From: Patescibacteria group bacterium
GTDB lineage: Bacteria > Patescibacteriota > Microgenomatia > UBA1400 > PJMF01
Reading direction: 5' to 3'
DNA: 64,000 nucleotides
Assembly (NCBI GenBank): GCA_045541795.1
Contig: JAZQJV010000010.1
Coordinates: 8,333-72,332 of the forward strand
Part shown: positions 27,380-36,102 of the stretch, in pieces
How the letters are laid out: each line of letters starts with the position of its first letter
Position numbering within the stretch: the stretch's first letter is position 1
The notes under the pieces: generated by a model
The model's input: the letters and a program-made list of their open reading frames with translations, nothing else
What the model was told of the DNA's origin: nothing
Databases searched by the model: none
Translations under genes and position numbers: made by a program

Positions 27380-27597
27380 GACTGACTTTCTACAGGTAAT
27401 GTTGCCGCTTTTTCACCCACAATTGTCTTCAACCAGGCAATATCACGGCGGATATTTTTGATCATCGCGGTATTCTCAAGTTTACCAGCACTCTTAGTGA
27501 GGTAAGCACTCGTCAACTTACTCGAAAGTAAATTAATTTGTGCGTCTATTTCGCTCGTATCTTTAGCGCGCCATTCGCGCAGTTCCGCTTTTTTCAT
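27376..27597 (-). CDS. rpmC: 50S ribosomal protein L29
   Basis: Position between L16 and S17; short helical protein. Confidence 0.85.
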   Translation of the reverse strand: MKKAELREWRAKDTSEIDAQINLLSSKLTSAYLTKSAGKLENTAMIKNIRRDIAWLKTIVGEKAATLPVESQS

Positions 27598-27598
27598 C

Positions 27599-28006
27599 TT
27601 AATCCTTACTCACTAACGTCGTTTTGACAGATAACTTATGACCGGCTTTACTAAAAGCACTTTTTGCAGTCACCATATCCACACCACCGATCTCAAACAA
27701 GATCATACCTGGTTTCACAACGGCCACATAGTGATCAATATCACCCTTACCGCTGCCCATTTTCACACCCACCGGTTTTTTGGTTACAGGTTTGTGCGGG
27801 AAAACTCTAAACCAATACTTGCCCACTTTTTTCGTTGCGAAAGTGATTTTTTTACGAGCTGCCTCGATCTCACGATCACTCAACAAGCCATGTTCCAGAG
27901 CCTTAAGACCATAATCGCCAAAAGCTACTTGGTTTCCACGCTGCGCTTTGCCACGGTTCTTACCGCGGAAGCATTTTCTATATTTACGTTTTTTCGGTTC
28001 TAACAT
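27599..28006 (-). CDS. rplP: 50S ribosomal protein L16
   Basis: Sequence and operon position. Confidence 0.9.
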   Translation of the reverse strand: MLEPKKRKYRKCFRGKNRGKAQRGNQVAFGDYGLKALEHGLLSDREIEAARKKITFATKKVGKYWFRVFPHKPVTKKPVGVKMGSGKGDIDHYVAVVKPGMILFEIGGVDMVTAKSAFSKAGHKLSVKTTLVSKD

Positions 28007-28023
28007 AGCTGTATCACTCGAAC

Positions 28024-28677
28024 TTAAGCGTTCAAAGTCCCTTTATGTATCCATACTTTTATGCCCACGTAACCAGATTTTGTGTGCACAGGCATTTCGT
28101 AATAATCAATATTTGCACGTAGAGTCTGTGTTGGGATGCTGCCTTGGAAATATTTCTCACTGCGAGAAATCTCAGCACCGCCGATTCTACCAGAAAGCTG
28201 GATCTTAATCCCTTTAACTCCAGCTGCCATTGCTTTCTCGATCGCCTGACTTACTGCTCGGCGGTGGGGGAAACGTTTAATCAACTGGCCAGAAATCTTC
28301 TCAGCCACGAGTTTAGCACTCGCATCGGCTTTCTTTACTTCTTCCACTTTGATATCCACGCGTATCTTTTCACCCTTCTTAGCGCTTTTGTTTACCAGAC
28401 CTTCCACTTTCTTTTTGAGAGTCTCCAAACTAGAACCACCGCGGCCAATCACCACGCCAGGCCGGGAAACATAGATCGTCACTTTTAAGGCATTCACAGA
28501 GCGCTCGATCTCAGCTTTCACCAAACCAGCCATCTCCAGTTCTTTATTCAGCAGATCGCGCAGTTGTTTGTCCTGTAAGAGCAAAGTGCCATACTCGCGC
28601 TTACCAGCAAACCATTTGGAAGCCGCACTTTGTGTGACACCTACTCGATAACCAATCGGATTTACTTTTTGTCCCAT
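28024..28677 (-). CDS. rpsC: 30S ribosomal protein S3
   Basis: KH domain; operon position. Confidence 0.9.
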   Translation of the reverse strand: MGQKVNPIGYRVGVTQSAASKWFAGKREYGTLLLQDKQLRDLLNKELEMAGLVKAEIERSVNALKVTIYVSRPGVVIGRGGSSLETLKKKVEGLVNKSAKKGEKIRVDIKVEEVKKADASAKLVAEKISGQLIKRFPHRRAVSQAIEKAMAAGVKGIKIQLSGRIGGAEISRSEKYFQGSIPTQTLRANIDYYEMPVHTKSGYVGIKVWIHKGTLNA

Positions 28678-28681
28678 AGTC

Positions 28682-29074
28682 TTAGTTCTTTCCTTCTGCG
28701 CTTACCATCGCTTCCGCGGGCAAAGTCTCAGTCTCCTTAGTTTTCAAAACCACCCGGACGTGACAAGTTCTTTTGTCAATACCATGACCACGTCCACGTG
28801 ATACTGCTCTCATTCTTCGCAAGATTGGCCCATCAGCCACCACAATGTCTGCCAACTCCAACTCACTGCTGTGCAACCCCATATTCTTCATCGCGTTCGC
28901 CAAAGCTTGCTTGAGCGTCTTGAGGATTACCAAGCTGCTTTTTTTCTCCATGACACTCAATTGCGCCACAGCAGAAGACAAACTTAGCTTCTTCACCTGA
29001 TTTGCTACCAATCTCACTTTTCTTGAAGATTGACGAATATTTTTTTGTTCGGCTATAATTGTTGTCATGTTCAT
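28682..29074 (-). CDS. rplV: 50S ribosomal protein L22
   Basis: Sequence and operon position. Confidence 0.85.
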   Translation of the reverse strand: MNMTTIIAEQKNIRQSSRKVRLVANQVKKLSLSSAVAQLSVMEKKSSLVILKTLKQALANAMKNMGLHSSELELADIVVADGPILRRMRAVSRGRGHGIDKRTCHVRVVLKTKETETLPAEAMVSAEGKN

Positions 29075-29077
29075 CCT

Positions 29078-29362
29078 TTAAGTCTTAGTTAAGACACGTT
29101 TCACGATCCGGCCATGCCCCTTAAATGTTCGCGTCGGTGCAAACTCACCGAGCTTATGACCGACCATCGCTTCAGTCACATAGACTTCCACGAATTTCTT
29201 TCCTTGGTGGACACTGAAAGTATGACCGATAAACTCAGGAGCAATTATACTTGCACGAGCCCAAGTCTTAATGGCATCGCGGGCGTTATTATCCTTTTGT
29301 GCCATCACTTTCTTCAATAATTTCTCGTCCACGTATGGACCTTTTTTCGCACTTCTACTCAT
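29078..29362 (-). CDS. rpsS: 30S ribosomal protein S19
   Basis: Sequence and operon position. Confidence 0.9.
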   Translation of the reverse strand: MSRSAKKGPYVDEKLLKKVMAQKDNNARDAIKTWARASIIAPEFIGHTFSVHQGKKFVEVYVTEAMVGHKLGEFAPTRTFKGHGRIVKRVLTKT

Positions 29363-30192
29363 TACTTCATCCTTCTATCTCTGACAATCATTTTATTTTT
29401 CTTAGAATGTTTACGAGTCTTGTGACCCAGTGCTGGCTTACCCCATGGAGTCTTTGGATGTGATAAACCAATACCACTACGACCCTCACCACCACCATGT
29501 GGATGCGAACCTGGATGCTGTGCTGTACCGCGCACAGTAGGACGGATACCCATCATCCGTTTGCGACCCGCTTTACCAAGTTTTTCATTTTTATGATCAC
29601 TATTACCCACCTGACCAATTGTAGCTAGACAGTCAAGTTTAAAGAGACGGATTTCTTTAGACGGCAACAATATCGTCGCAAAATGGTCATCTTTGGACTG
29701 GATCAGTGCCGCCGCGCCAGCAGTACGTACCAACTTTGCCCCATAACCAGGTTCTAATTCTAAGTTATGAATCGGCACACCCAAAGGAATATGGCGCAAG
29801 CTCATGGTGTTACCTACCTTAGCATCAGCTTTATCGCTCGTTAAGATCCGATCACCAGCCTTCATACCCTCAGCAGCAATCACATATCTTTTTTCACCAT
29901 CTACATAGTAAACCAAAGCGATATAAGCGGAGCGATTCGGATCATATTCAATCCGTTGTATCACACCGTCCACATTTGCCTTAGTGCGAGTGAAATCAAC
30001 AATCCGGTAACGACGCTTCACACCGCCACCACGATGTCGCACAGTTACATGTCCCCTGTAACCGCGACCCTTACGTTTTAGATGACCAGCACTCAAAAGA
30101 GAGCGCTCAGGAGCACCTTTATAAACTTCACGATCGAGTACATCTACCCGGTGTCGTCTTGCATTACTAGTTGGTTTCGATTGTTTTAACAT
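29362..30192 (-). CDS. rplB: 50S ribosomal protein L2
   Basis: Conserved C-terminal GGGEGR...HPHGGGEG region. Confidence 0.95.
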   Translation of the reverse strand: MLKQSKPTSNARRHRVDVLDREVYKGAPERSLLSAGHLKRKGRGYRGHVTVRHRGGGVKRRYRIVDFTRTKANVDGVIQRIEYDPNRSAYIALVYYVDGEKRYVIAAEGMKAGDRILTSDKADAKVGNTMSLRHIPLGVPIHNLELEPGYGAKLVRTAGAAALIQSKDDHFATILLPSKEIRLFKLDCLATIGQVGNSDHKNEKLGKAGRKRMMGIRPTVRGTAQHPGSHPHGGGEGRSGIGLSHPKTPWGKPALGHKTRKHSKKNKMIVRDRRMK

Positions 30193-30210
30193 GTCAGTCT
30201 TCTTTTATTA

Positions 30211-30528
30211 TTAGTTTTGTACCTCTTTTTCTGGTTCAGTCTCTAAATCAAAAAGCTCGATCGTCTGACCTGGACGTAAAGTGACCAAAGCCTTCTTAGT
30301 GCGTTCAGTAGTCACCGCCAACCGTTTGCGACCTGTTCTTTTAGCCGTGCGATGGCCCATTACTGTATTCACGCTCACAGCATCAACACCAAAAAGATCT
30401 TTTACCATCTTCTTGATTTGGTTCTTCTCGGCAGTCTTTGACACCTCAAAAACATAAGTATTCTGCGTCTCAATCAGCTTGAGTGTTTTTTCCGTGACAA
30501 TAGGACGTTTGATCACAAAGGTATGCAT
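30211..30528 (-). CDS. rplW: 50S ribosomal protein L23
   Basis: Sequence and operon position. Confidence 0.9.
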   Translation of the reverse strand: MHTFVIKRPIVTEKTLKLIETQNTYVFEVSKTAEKNQIKKMVKDLFGVDAVSVNTVMGHRTAKRTGRKRLAVTTERTKKALVTLRPGQTIELFDLETEPEKEVQN

Positions 30529-30531
30529 AAC

Positions 30532-31131
30532 TTATTTTTCCTTATTCATCAATCTTGTCTCTAATTTCGCCAAAGCGTCCTGGCTCATTATGATCCGATC
30601 AGCATTGGCTACTTGAAGTACATTGACGCGTTCTGGCGTCACTACGTAAACAGTCTCTAAGTTATTGTAAGCACGAGTAATCGTTGCCGTCTTATCACTG
30701 ACGATCAGCAACAAGCGGTCGGTGCGACTTAGTTTATCACCCAACGCTGTCACACCAGACTTGGTCTTGGCTTCAACTTTTTCGATCTGATCATCCAAGA
30801 ACACATTCTCCATTTGAGCAACCAAAGCACTACGCAAAGCACCGCGTTTCATCTTCACATTTAAACTGCGACGATAATTCTGCGTACCAGTCGGCCCATG
30901 AGAAACACCACCACCCACAAAGATATTCGGAGTGCGTGCGCCATGGCGAGCATTACCAGTCCCTTTTTGCTTAAACCATTTCTTCTTCGTCCGGGCGATC
31001 TCACTGCGAGTTTTCGTCTTCGCCGTCGCTTGACGCAGGTTACCTAAATACACAGTCAGCGCCTGAGAGAGCAAACTGTGGTTTACCTCACCTTCAAAAA
31101 TTTTGCTCGTATCCTTTGTTACTGCTTGCAT
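30532..31131 (-). CDS. rplD: 50S ribosomal protein L4
   Basis: Sequence and operon position. Confidence 0.9.
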   Translation of the reverse strand: MQAVTKDTSKIFEGEVNHSLLSQALTVYLGNLRQATAKTKTRSEIARTKKKWFKQKGTGNARHGARTPNIFVGGGVSHGPTGTQNYRRSLNVKMKRGALRSALVAQMENVFLDDQIEKVEAKTKSGVTALGDKLSRTDRLLLIVSDKTATITRAYNNLETVYVVTPERVNVLQVANADRIIMSQDALAKLETRLMNKEK

Positions 31132-31943
31132 TATTTAGTTTCCTTTTGTGCTTGTTCTTCACTAGTAGACTCTGGAGTTCTCTCACTATCTTGCTCACTT
31201 TTAGCAGCTGAGTCAGATTCCTGCTGCTGTTTTCCGGCGAGGCCAGAAGCTTTTTCATCCAAAGCAAAATCCTTTTTCACTTTACCTGAGTTCGTAATTG
31301 CAACAATGCTATTAAAAGCTCCAGGGACAGGGCCGGTAAGCCACAACTCACCGCTTGTCGCATCAAAATACGCTACTACCAGTCCGGAAACCGTCTTGGT
31401 AGTCACGCCCATGTGACCAGGCAAACGTTTACCTAGCCACACGCGTCCTGGAGTTGTACGATTACCAACTGAACCAACGGCCCGCCAGCGGTCAGATTGA
31501 CCATGAGTTTTTGGTCCGCCGTGAAAGCCGTGACGTTTCATACCACCGGCAAAACCACGACCCTTAGTAGTGCCTTGCACCGCTACCACATCGCCCACTT
31601 TCAAAACAGCAGCCGTATTTACGCTGCTGCCAACTTCCAATTTATCATCACCTTGCTCACGGATGCCGTTGATGACGCGTACTCCTTGTTTGATCTGCAA
31701 TTTCTCCAAACGTGAGCGCATCGGCTTGGTCATATTTTTGAGTTTCTTCTCGCCGTAACCAACTTCCAGCACCCGGCAGTCACTCCAACCAGCGACGTCT
31801 TTTTTATCGGTGCGCACTTTAGCATCCACTGCTCCCACAATCACGTTTTGCTCAACCAAAAACTTGGTAATGGGCAGACGTTTGCCATTTACATCCCATG
31901 CTTGTGACATGCCTTTCTTGGTTGCGTAGATTGTGTCTATCAT
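31131..31943 (-). CDS. rplC: 50S ribosomal protein L3 with ~55-aa acidic/Ser-rich C-terminal extension
   Basis: L3 core conserved. The tail reads ...QQQESDSAAKSEQDSERTPESTSEEQAQKETK. Confidence 0.9.
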   Translation of the reverse strand: MIDTIYATKKGMSQAWDVNGKRLPITKFLVEQNVIVGAVDAKVRTDKKDVAGWSDCRVLEVGYGEKKLKNMTKPMRSRLEKLQIKQGVRVINGIREQGDDKLEVGSSVNTAAVLKVGDVVAVQGTTKGRGFAGGMKRHGFHGGPKTHGQSDRWRAVGSVGNRTTPGRVWLGKRLPGHMGVTTKTVSGLVVAYFDATSGELWLTGPVPGAFNSIVAITNSGKVKKDFALDEKASGLAGKQQQESDSAAKSEQDSERTPESTSEEQAQKETK

Positions 31944-31981
31944 ATGCTTTTAACTCAAATTACTTCAAGTTCCTTTATCTC

Positions 31982-32311
31982 CTACATTTTCACCTGGATA
32001 TCCACACCAGAAGGCAGTTCCAAGTGGATCAAGTTGTCGATCGTTTTACTGGTCGGATCCACGATGTCGATCACCCGTTTGTGCGTCCGGATCACATAAT
32101 GTTCCTGCGCGTCTTTATCAGTGTGTGGCGATGCCAAGACCGTAAACCACTTTTTTTCCGTCGGCAACGGTACCGGACCAATTACCCGAGCCCCAGTAGA
32201 CAAAGCTGTATCGAGAACCTTGTCAGAAGCCTCGTCAATCACTCGATGATCATAAGACTTGAGTCTGACCCGAATTTTATATGCATCTTTTTTATCGCCA
32301 CGTATCGCCAT
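31982..32311 (-). CDS. rpsJ: 30S ribosomal protein S10
   Basis: Start moved to [21 protein letters not shown] (ATG at 32311), preceded by SD aaaaaggaa. The track's 38-codon 5' extension reads through the promoter. Confidence 0.9.
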   Translation of the reverse strand: MAIRGDKKDAYKIRVRLKSYDHRVIDEASDKVLDTALSTGARVIGPVPLPTEKKWFTVLASPHTDKDAQEHYVIRTHKRVIDIVDPTSKTIDNLIHLELPSGVDIQVKM

Positions 32312-32372
32312 AATTCCTTTTTCCGATTCCAGACCTTTCGATCTCTTGCTAATTTCAGAATTAAGAGTTGTG

Positions 32373-32400
32373 ATTATACCACACTTTCTCGAAAATGCAA
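32373..32400 (-). promoter_or_regulatory. promoter TTGCAT-16-TGTGGTATAAT of the S10 operon (~60-nt leader)
   Basis: The reverse complement of 32373-32400 reads ttgcat, a 16-nt spacer, then tgtggtataat. Confidence 0.6.
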
Positions 32401-32574
32401 GAGGCAATTTTTCTCTCGCCTCCATACATCATTCAGTTAATGTTAAAGCACGACTCTGTGTTCTAAAGTTCTCATATTATATCACACTTCTGGCCATTTT
32501 GAACTGCAAATTTGTCAAATTTTGCAAAATTAGTTTTGGAATATACTATACACAATAAATTTAAACTATTCTTT

Positions 32575-32648
32575 GTGGCTGCTGAGGGACTCGAACCCCC
32601 GACCTGCCGGATGTAAACCGGACGCTCTAACCAACTGAGCTAAGCAGC
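32575..32648 (-). tRNA. tRNA-Val (anticodon TAC)
   Basis: 74-nt cloverleaf with 7-bp acceptor GGCTGCT/AGCAGCC and GTTCGAGT T-loop; anticodon loop TTTACAT. CCA is not encoded. Confidence 0.85.
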
Positions 32649-32653
32649 CGAGA

Positions 32654-32727
32654 GTGGACTCTAGAGGATTCGAACCTCTGACCTCTCCCATGTCAAGGGA
32701 ACGCTCTAACCAACTGAGCCAAGAGTC
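32654..32727 (-). tRNA. tRNA-Val (anticodon GAC)
   Basis: 74-nt cloverleaf with acceptor GGACTCT/AGAGTCC and GTTCGAAT T-loop; anticodon loop TTGACAT. Confidence 0.85.
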
Positions 32728-32744
32728 CATTTTTCCAGAACAAG

Positions 32745-32756
32745 GTATTATAACAC
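32745..32756 (-). promoter_or_regulatory. extended -10 (TTGTGTTATAAT) ~18 nt upstream of the tRNA-Val pair
   Basis: Reverse complement of 32745-32756. Confidence 0.5.
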
Positions 32757-32866
32757 AATTTTGCCCCAAATTGCCAGTAGATTTTTGCAAAATATGTGGT
32801 ATAATCGAGGATCAAGGCAAAGTCTGGATCCAGACTAGCAGTATAAATTAAAAAGAAAGATCTTGA

Positions 32867-33535
32867 GTGATCAGAAAAACCAACTACTCTCGTCCGTATC
32901 GCCAACGCGAACGTTTTAACGTCACTGCCAACCAGCAGATCCGCTACGATGAACTCCGAGTGATGGACGAACAAGGCCAATCTCTAGGCGTCATGAGTAA
33001 AAATGATGCTTTAAACCGCGCCCGCAGTGAAAAAAAAGATCTCATTTTGATCACTGATAAGGCTGATCCGCCAGTGGCCAAAATCATCCAGCTTTCCAAA
33101 TACAAATATCAGCAATCACAAAAAAAAGCGCAAGAACGCAAAAAATCCCGCGTACAAGACATTAAGGAAATCCGTTTGCGTCCCTTTATTGATGAAAACG
33201 ACCTCCAAGCCAAAATCCGCAAAATTGACGGATTTATCAAGAAAAATCACAAAGTAAAACTTTCTATGGAACTGCGTGGCCGGGCCATCACTAAGCAAGA
33301 CCTCGCCAATGAGATTTTGGATCGGATCGTGGGCGCTCTCGGAGAATCCGCTCAAGTAGAAACCGAACGCAAACTCATCGGCAAGCGCATCCAAATGCAA
33401 TTAATGCCCTCACGCAAGGCTAAAAGCCTCCATAATGACAATAATAGCAAACAGGCTCAAGAAAAAAAAGTTAGCGCGCCCGTGCCTGCCAATACGCCGG
33501 CCGCCGATGATGATCAGGTGGAGCCGCAATTATAA
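32867..33535 (+). CDS. infC: translation initiation factor IF-3 (with C-terminal extension)
   Basis: ANQQIRYDELRVMDEQGQSLGVM N-domain. GTG start immediately after an in-frame TGA. Divergent from the tRNAs, with tgtggtataat upstream at ~32797. Confidence 0.85.
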   Translation: MIRKTNYSRPYRQRERFNVTANQQIRYDELRVMDEQGQSLGVMSKNDALNRARSEKKDLILITDKADPPVAKIIQLSKYKYQQSQKKAQERKKSRVQDIKEIRLRPFIDENDLQAKIRKIDGFIKKNHKVKLSMELRGRAITKQDLANEILDRIVGALGESAQVETERKLIGKRIQMQLMPSRKAKSLHNDNNSKQAQEKKVSAPVPANTPAADDDQVEPQL

Positions 33536-33573
33536 ATTATTACTGGTACTGATCGCCAGCAAGGGATAAAGTT

Positions 33574-33777
33574 ATGGCAAAAAAAATTAAACTCAAAACC
33601 AGAAAGGGTGCGGCCAAACGCTTCAAAATCACCGGCACTGGTAAAATTTTGCGCCGCACGCAAAATATGCGCCATTTACGCGCCAATAAAAGCAAGAAAG
33701 CCAAGCGCAATTACCGTCGCCTCACTCAAGTGACCGGCCGCAACGCTATCAGAATTAAAAGAATGTTGGGAATCTAA
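33574..33777 (+). CDS. rpmI: 50S ribosomal protein L35
   Basis: [24 protein letters not shown]. Confidence 0.9.
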   Translation: MAKKIKLKTRKGAAKRFKITGTGKILRRTQNMRHLRANKSKKAKRNYRRLTQVTGRNAIRIKRMLGI

Positions 33778-33780
33778 TTT

Positions 33781-34128
33781 ATGAGAGTTAAAACTGGATA
33801 CGTCCGTCATCGGGCACATAAAAAAATTATCAAGGCCAATAAAGGTTTCCGTGGTGCTAATCACCGTCTTTTCAAACGCGCCAACGAAGCCCGCCTACAC
33901 GCCGGTCAATACGCTTTTGCTGGCCGGAAGCTACGCAAGCGAGATCTACGCAAACTCTGGATCATGCGCATTGGTGCTGGCCTCCAAGCTGCCGGTAGTC
34001 CCCTTAACTATTCTACCTTTATTGGCGGGCTCAAAAAAGCTGGTATTGCTTTGGATCGCAAGATCTTAGCTGATCTCGCCGTCAATGATCCGGCCGCTTT
34101 CGCCGCCGTTATCAAGGCCGTGAGCTAA
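33781..34128 (+). CDS. rplT: 50S ribosomal protein L20
   Basis: Characteristic L20 N-terminal and central region. Confidence 0.9.
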   Translation: MRVKTGYVRHRAHKKIIKANKGFRGANHRLFKRANEARLHAGQYAFAGRKLRKRDLRKLWIMRIGAGLQAAGSPLNYSTFIGGLKKAGIALDRKILADLAVNDPAAFAAVIKAVS

Positions 34129-34163
34129 ATTCCCGACACATTGCGGAATACAAAATTACACTT

Positions 34164-34197
34164 ATCCCGCCTTTCCAGGCGGGATATTGCTTTTTCA
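34164..34197 (+). terminator. rho-independent terminator after rplT
   Basis: ATCCCGCC-tttccag-GCGGGAT followed by attgcttttt. Confidence 0.7.
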
Positions 34198-34225
34198 ATC
34201 TCACTATGTTAAAATATCAAAATAT

Positions 34226-34741
34226 ATGCATGGCGGCGAAGTTAATTCTTTTTATCAATATGTTCTAGGAGGATCTCTAATATCCTTCTTTATCATTGGC
34301 TTATATGTCTGGTTCGTCAGCCGAACTCCGCACAAAGTAAAAGATAAAAATGAAGAAAAATCTCAAACAAACAAAAACCATCCAGCAATTGAAGACAAAC
34401 CGCATAAACCAAAAACTATTCTTGAATGGATAGGGCAGCAACACCTCTTAATACAAATTATTTGTTCTACCATAATTGCCTTTGTGTTGACTAGTTTTAT
34501 CACCATAACAGGAAGTATTGTCGGCTTAATCATTTTAATTCCAGCAATAATCGGACTGTTGTTAGCAATCATCCTCTTGCCAATAATCGAATTAATTAAA
34601 GAAGCAATCGCAAGCTATCGAGATGTAGAAGATTTTGATGGCAAACAAACGTTTATCCGCATCTTCAAAGAAGAGATTTTGATCATATCTATCCTTGCAG
34701 GCATAATTAGTGGCTGGGGATTATTTTTTGAAGGAATGTAA
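34226..34741 (+). CDS. hypothetical membrane protein (low-GC)
   Basis: Three or four hydrophobic helices. Start moved to the ATG at 34226, because the track's TTG start lies inside the rplT terminator. Region is AT-rich relative to neighbours. Confidence 0.4.
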   Translation: MHGGEVNSFYQYVLGGSLISFFIIGLYVWFVSRTPHKVKDKNEEKSQTNKNHPAIEDKPHKPKTILEWIGQQHLLIQIICSTIIAFVLTSFITITGSIVGLIILIPAIIGLLLAIILLPIIELIKEAIASYRDVEDFDGKQTFIRIFKEEILIISILAGIISGWGLFFEGM

Positions 34742-34939
34742 AGGCATTAATATACTTGAAAGCATTGACATCTTGCGATATGAGTCGTTGTTTACCATGA
34801 TTAAAAAAGTGCACTTTATATTTCCTCCACATACCCTACCGTCAAACCGTCAACACTGCGACAATACAAATCAAGCTTTTGACAAGTTTCCAGTTCGTCT
34901 TTTTGGGGTTAAGTAAATCAACTAAAACCACAAACACCA

Positions 34940-34968
34940 AAATCCCCGCTTCTAGCGGGGATTTTTTG
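34940..34968. terminator. bidirectional rho-independent terminator between convergent genes
   Basis: aaATCCCCGC-ttcta-GCGGGGATtttttt. Confidence 0.7.
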
Positions 34969-34985
34969 ATAGTCATCACTTAAAA

Positions 34986-35867
34986 TTAATAACCATAAGT
35001 GACAATTTCCCAATCGTCATTATCATGGCGGCCCAAATACCACTCATAAGTGTATTCCAGGTCTGGTTCCCAGGCAGTAAATTCCGCAAATTCCTTCGGC
35101 GTGTGGAAACTAGAACCCACTACCAAAACATGGGTGTACGGCACTTCACTACGCTCGAGCGAATTGATGTAATCAAGTTCCGTCTGATTATTGCGCTCTG
35201 GCAGTGGATCGAGCGAGTGCAGCTCAAAACCTTCACCAAAACTAGCAATTTCTGCCTCGATCAGCAATTCAGCCTGAGCAATTTCTGACGGCGTATAGCC
35301 CATAAACTGCTCTTCCGCTGGCGGTTGGCCGTCAGGTGGCGTCATCGGCGTACCGTCCACAGTTTTGATCGGTTCGGGCGGCAAAAGAGGCGCGACGTAC
35401 TCAAAAAGCGATTCGCTATCACCGCGCACGTCATCTTGCCAACGCAGCTTGCCGTCTTCCATGATCAAAGCTCCCGTGCCGTTTTGTGATCGGACTTCCT
35501 GCACCACATCTTCATTTTCAAAATTGCGGTAATACTCGGTCGCATTATTATAATCTAACCGCCCCGTGTTGGGATCAAAACTTCCCGAAAAAGTCCACAT
35601 CGTATCGTCAAATGCGCTACCAGCCCACGTGATCGTCACCGAGTAGACATTTGTACCCACATCTTGGATTTCCATCACCGCTCGCTGGCTGTGAGTATCT
35701 TGCCATTGGCCCTCTAAACTGTCAGCTTGTTTTTCTTGTGACACTACATTCACTGGATTCACGGGCGCACCACCATTTTTTTTGCGTGTCATCCACACGC
35801 CACCAGCCACCACCAAAATCAACGCGATCACGATACTGATCACCAACCACTTTTTATTATCTTTCAT
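34986..35867 (-). CDS. hypothetical signal-anchored extracytoplasmic protein
   Basis: N-terminal TM segment (WLVISIVIALILVVAGGVW) and a ~260-aa soluble domain with no recognised motifs. Start at MKDNKK, preceded by SD aaagaaagga; the upstream ATG overlaps the -10 box. Confidence 0.45.
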   Translation of the reverse strand: MKDNKKWLVISIVIALILVVAGGVWMTRKKNGGAPVNPVNVVSQEKQADSLEGQWQDTHSQRAVMEIQDVGTNVYSVTITWAGSAFDDTMWTFSGSFDPNTGRLDYNNATEYYRNFENEDVVQEVRSQNGTGALIMEDGKLRWQDDVRGDSESLFEYVAPLLPPEPIKTVDGTPMTPPDGQPPAEEQFMGYTPSEIAQAELLIEAEIASFGEGFELHSLDPLPERNNQTELDYINSLERSEVPYTHVLVVGSSFHTPKEFAEFTAWEPDLEYTYEWYLGRHDNDDWEIVTYGY

Positions 35868-35965
35868 CCATCCTTTCTTTTTGTTTGCGGCCATTATATC
35901 ACACCAATTCACTTTTTGAGCCGCAATTTTTCACTCAGCTTATGCAGACAAAAAATTAACTTTTT

Positions 35966-36066
35966 AAATTGAGTATTTATTGTGTACAATAAATTAATTT
36001 ATATTGATATATAGCCATAATTAAAACATAATAATTTCATTAGCAGACAAACACTCAGACTGCTAA
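35966..36066. repeat. copy B of the ~100-nt AT-rich intergenic element
   Basis: aaattgagtatttattgtgtacaataaat ... perfect 7-bp hairpin TTAGCAG-N13-CTGCTAA at 36040-36066. Confidence 0.5.
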
Positions 36067-36067
36067 C

Positions 36068-36096
36068 TTGACAAATGCCTCACTATCAGGTATAAT
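36068..36096 (+). promoter_or_regulatory. TTGACA-17-TATAAT promoter of the PBP gene; ATG 6 nt after the -10 (leaderless)
   Basis: ttgaca at 36068-36073; tataat at 36091-36096; ATG at 36103. Confidence 0.65.
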
Positions 36097-36102
36097 GCGC
36101 CC

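Noticed and set aside
31982-32425. 147-aa version of rpsJ
   Set aside because: The 38 extra N-terminal codons contain the operon promoter (ttgcat…tgtggtataat). The S10 homology, and an SD, begin at MAIRG (32311).
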